From NCBI RefSeq assembly GCF_001194135.2, contig NC_068982.1, positions 134,772,211 to 134,808,988 of the forward strand: a stretch of 36,778 nucleotides of DNA, written 5' to 3'. The notes under the pieces are model-generated. The model saw only the letters and a list, made by a program, of their open reading frames with translations. It did no database searches and was not told the DNA's origin. Numbering within the stretch: the first letter of the stretch is position 1; each line of letters begins with the position of its first letter. The position numbers and the translations under genes are program-made. The stretch is from Octopus bimaculoides (taxonomy: Eukaryota). Shown here one piece after another: positions 33,622 through 36,778 of this stretch.

Positions 33622-35342
33622 ATATACCACTTACTGAGAACTGCCTCAAACTAGTCATCGTTACAAAGGTTTGTCGGCAAGAGCAGCCCCGATGGCGCAA
33701 GAAAGAGAAAGTAAGAAATCAAATTATAATTTTATTTCGAGGAACATTTAATGGAATTATTTCTTTATTCGTCAGAAATCTTTTGTTTCGACACAAAATG
33801 GAAAAGAGAATAAAACGATGCGAAAAAAATCTTTAGACGTATGGAATGAAAGAAGAAAGAAATCCAGCTAAACTTCAGTTACTATCTCATGAATTTTAAT
33901 TGTCAATGACAGCGTAAATAAAAATAAAATTTGTACAGCCTTAGAAGAGATAAAAATTGTCTTTCTGAAAATGATTTCTAAATCTTCCTGATACTGTTTA
34001 AGTCGAAAAGTCTTTGTCATTTCAATTCCATCATCCATCAAACTAACTCGCAAGACTTTCTTCCTGAACTCGTCTCTTACCACAACTTTCATTTAGTCTT
34101 GTTACATAAACGTACTCTTATAAAAAAAACCACTACAAGTTTCTATATACACACGCACATATAAATATACACATTCATTCGATGATTCTAAATCAAGATT
34201 AATTACACATCCTTCGAATGTCACATTATGATGAATTTAATATTTGATTTAAAGGCGATAGGTGACAGAATCCCCAGAGCGCTGTACAAAATCATATAAA
34301 GTATTTCGTTACGTTTCTTTACATTTTCATTTTAAATGTTACCGACGTCCATTTTACCTTTCAAACTTCCGAGGGTCGTTAAAATAAAGTTCCAGTCAAG
34401 TACTGTGATTGATTTAATTGGTGTTTTTATACCAGAATTAGAAATCAATATTCTAGTAAGTTCTATAGTGAGTGCCATAGTGCCATATATTTGCTTCCTT
34501 TCCGTGTGGCGGGTGTATAAATAGATCTTAATTTCTGATATAAAACAATTTGACTTGTGTAGAGAATAATAAAACTCACTTCACGTGTGTCGAGTATTCG
34601 ACCAGGTTCTAATTTCTGACAGAAAGTAATTTGACTTCAGTCAATATCGCTAAAAATCATTGGTGAATATGTGACCATTTTATCATCTTGTTTTTCTTTA
34701 CTTAAAATATCAGACATTTGTAAGTACAGAGCGCAGAACAACCCCAGTATTTTCTAATATCAATTTCAATAGGGCACATATAAAGTAATGAATTAATTTT
34801 AGGGTCAAACCCCTTGTGTTTCTTCTTACACTAATTGAAACAACTAATTTAGTGTGTTACCGTATTTGATGACATAAAAGACGCACGGCAATTTTAGCAG
34901 CTCATACAGGAGAAAAAAAAGAGGTTTCAATGCATCAAAACATGTAATAGAGGCCCAACTTCGCATATAGTATCCGGTGTGACATTTTTAAGAAAAAGAA
35001 AGTGCGTCTTGTATGCCTTCAAGTAAGGTAATTATTGCTGTGTATTGAATGTTAAACTTACGTAATCATATTTTAGAGAATAAATTACTCTCTGATGACA
35101 CTTATAAATATCATATATTGAATTTATATATATACTTTTAATATCTTTAGATTATGTAGAATATGAACGAGAAAATGCATGAGTTTGCCTGCAGCGAATC
35201 TGATGAAACCCCAACAGGGCCAAATTGCGTGACTTCATTTGTTTGGAAACTGTCTTTGTGCATATCTCTATATTTGTTTCTCTCTCTTCTTTTCTCGTTT
35301 TCTCCTCTGTCTGTCTGTCTGCCTGCCTGCCTGTCTGTCAGC

Positions 35343-35435
<93 letters not shown>

Positions 35436-35849
35436 ACATCTATCTCGTTTATCCAACGCCCCCTCCCCGATAAAGTAGATTTATCTAAGGATTAATTAAT
35501 TCATTTGATATTATATAATCCTTTCAATGCAATGAAGCTTCACTATGCCGTTGCGGCGGCGGTGGTGGAGGTGGTGGTGGTGATGGTCTCCCGGCAATCA
35601 GTATTTGCGAAATGGCTTCGGTTCTCATTTTATGCGTGTCATTCAACTCACTGTTGCTGTTGTTGATGGAGCAGACATGTGATGCAAAGCGTTCCAGATG
35701 TGACCATCCAGTCTCTTTAAATAGGTTTGACAGAATTGTCGAATACATCTTCCTCATTTTTGATAATACGATAATGTGATTTGAGGGAAATATGGTTGCT
35801 ATTACTAGAAAGTCGGGTGACTGCGTAGCGGAATTTATTTATCGTCATC

Positions 35850-36060
35850 GTTGTTGTTACTTAACGCCCCCCCCCGGTCAACCAAAAATCAAATAAACCT
35901 ATAATCAAAAGAATTCAAGCCGCGACCATTCTATCATTTATTCGATGTTTCTGACACTACACCATCTCCTATGTCCTTCCTATTTTAAAATTGTTCGCAG
36001 TGGATTGTAGTTAGACATCTGACGGCTATTTTTAAAAGGTTGAGCAGCCACGAAGAGGCT
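35850..36060 (-). mobile_element. Diverged family-E retroposon fragment
   Basis: gttgttgttac...cccggtca...aaacctataatcaaa...gccgcgaccattc...gacggctattttt is the reverse complement of motifs seen at 14745-14935. Confidence 0.45.
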
Positions 36061-36778
36061 CACTCGTCAGATAACAATATATTACTCATATGTTTTGTTA
36101 TATAATGCTACAGATAGCTTTTCAGAAGCCCTTTTCTTTCGCAGACCCAAATCTCTCACTTCTTATCTATTGTCCACTAGCGCCGCCTCAGCTACATCGT
36201 ATTTAATCTCTGAAAGATAGTATCTGCATGTAGATTCTACTCTCCTCCGCCACTCAACTCCCTCTCTTAGATATCAGTAACAGAAACTTCCAGTTACTCG
36301 AAGTCTTCCTTCATCCATATACACCCTTATACACCCACGCATACACACATACGCATCAACTCTTCAATGTCAGCCCAGTCTTTACATTCTCTTCTGTGAC
36401 GTATTATGGTCAACTAAAAAGGTCTAATGTACGTGACGAAAAAACACACCTGACAATTACAGGACATTCGTAATGTTATATAACATATATTCCATTTGCT
36501 TTTGAAACAATTGTAGTTCTCAACGACCTTTTCTATCGCATTTATTTACACATTTGATTATCGCATTATAATCAACCTTTGTTGTTTTTGAAATGGAGTT
36601 GTATAGTACCTGCCCTCTTATGTAAATTTTCTATCTAATCTCAATGTAAGACGAACAGTAATGCACTGATTAATGAATTTATTGGTCAGTTATCGAGTCA
36701 TCTGTGTTCCTTATAAAGCCATGTAAATGCTAGAGACTGATAACCTTCGTCTTACGTTTTCTCCTCCACTCTCTCTAT

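Noticed and set aside
33868-34092. 74-aa minus-strand ORF MKVVVRDEFRKKVLRVSLMDDG...
   Set aside because: No recognisable domain or splice support; length compatible with chance.

Overview
Repeat-saturated, AT-rich eukaryotic DNA from a gapped draft assembly (6 N-gaps). The tRNA-derived SINE families, extreme microsatellite load and TTAGGG-like repeats point to a coleoid cephalopod, most likely Octopus (my inference from recognising the repeats, not a database result). I cannot support any intact host protein-coding gene, tRNA gene or CRISPR array, and most listed ORFs are translated microsatellites or N-runs. Supported content: (i) about 11 copies of a long tRNA-headed SINE with an internal microsatellite (my label 'family A'); (ii) about 10 copies of a ~200-230 bp SINE ('family B'); (iii) four tRNA-headed SINEs built from shuffled body and tail modules; (iv) three clear, plus one weaker, co-oriented 3' fragments of restriction-like-endonuclease (R4/Dong-type) LINEs among (TAA)n repeats at 18.2-20.9 kb; (v) an RTE/RTEX-like LINE 3' end; (vi) a mariner derivative whose catalytic half is replaced by an inverted copy of its 5' end; (vii) two small inverted-repeat elements and a larger foldback-like element with telomere-like repeats; (viii) a candidate minimal hammerhead ribozyme beside a gap. 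I found no novel protein system. The best signals are in mobile-element architecture and RNA structure.
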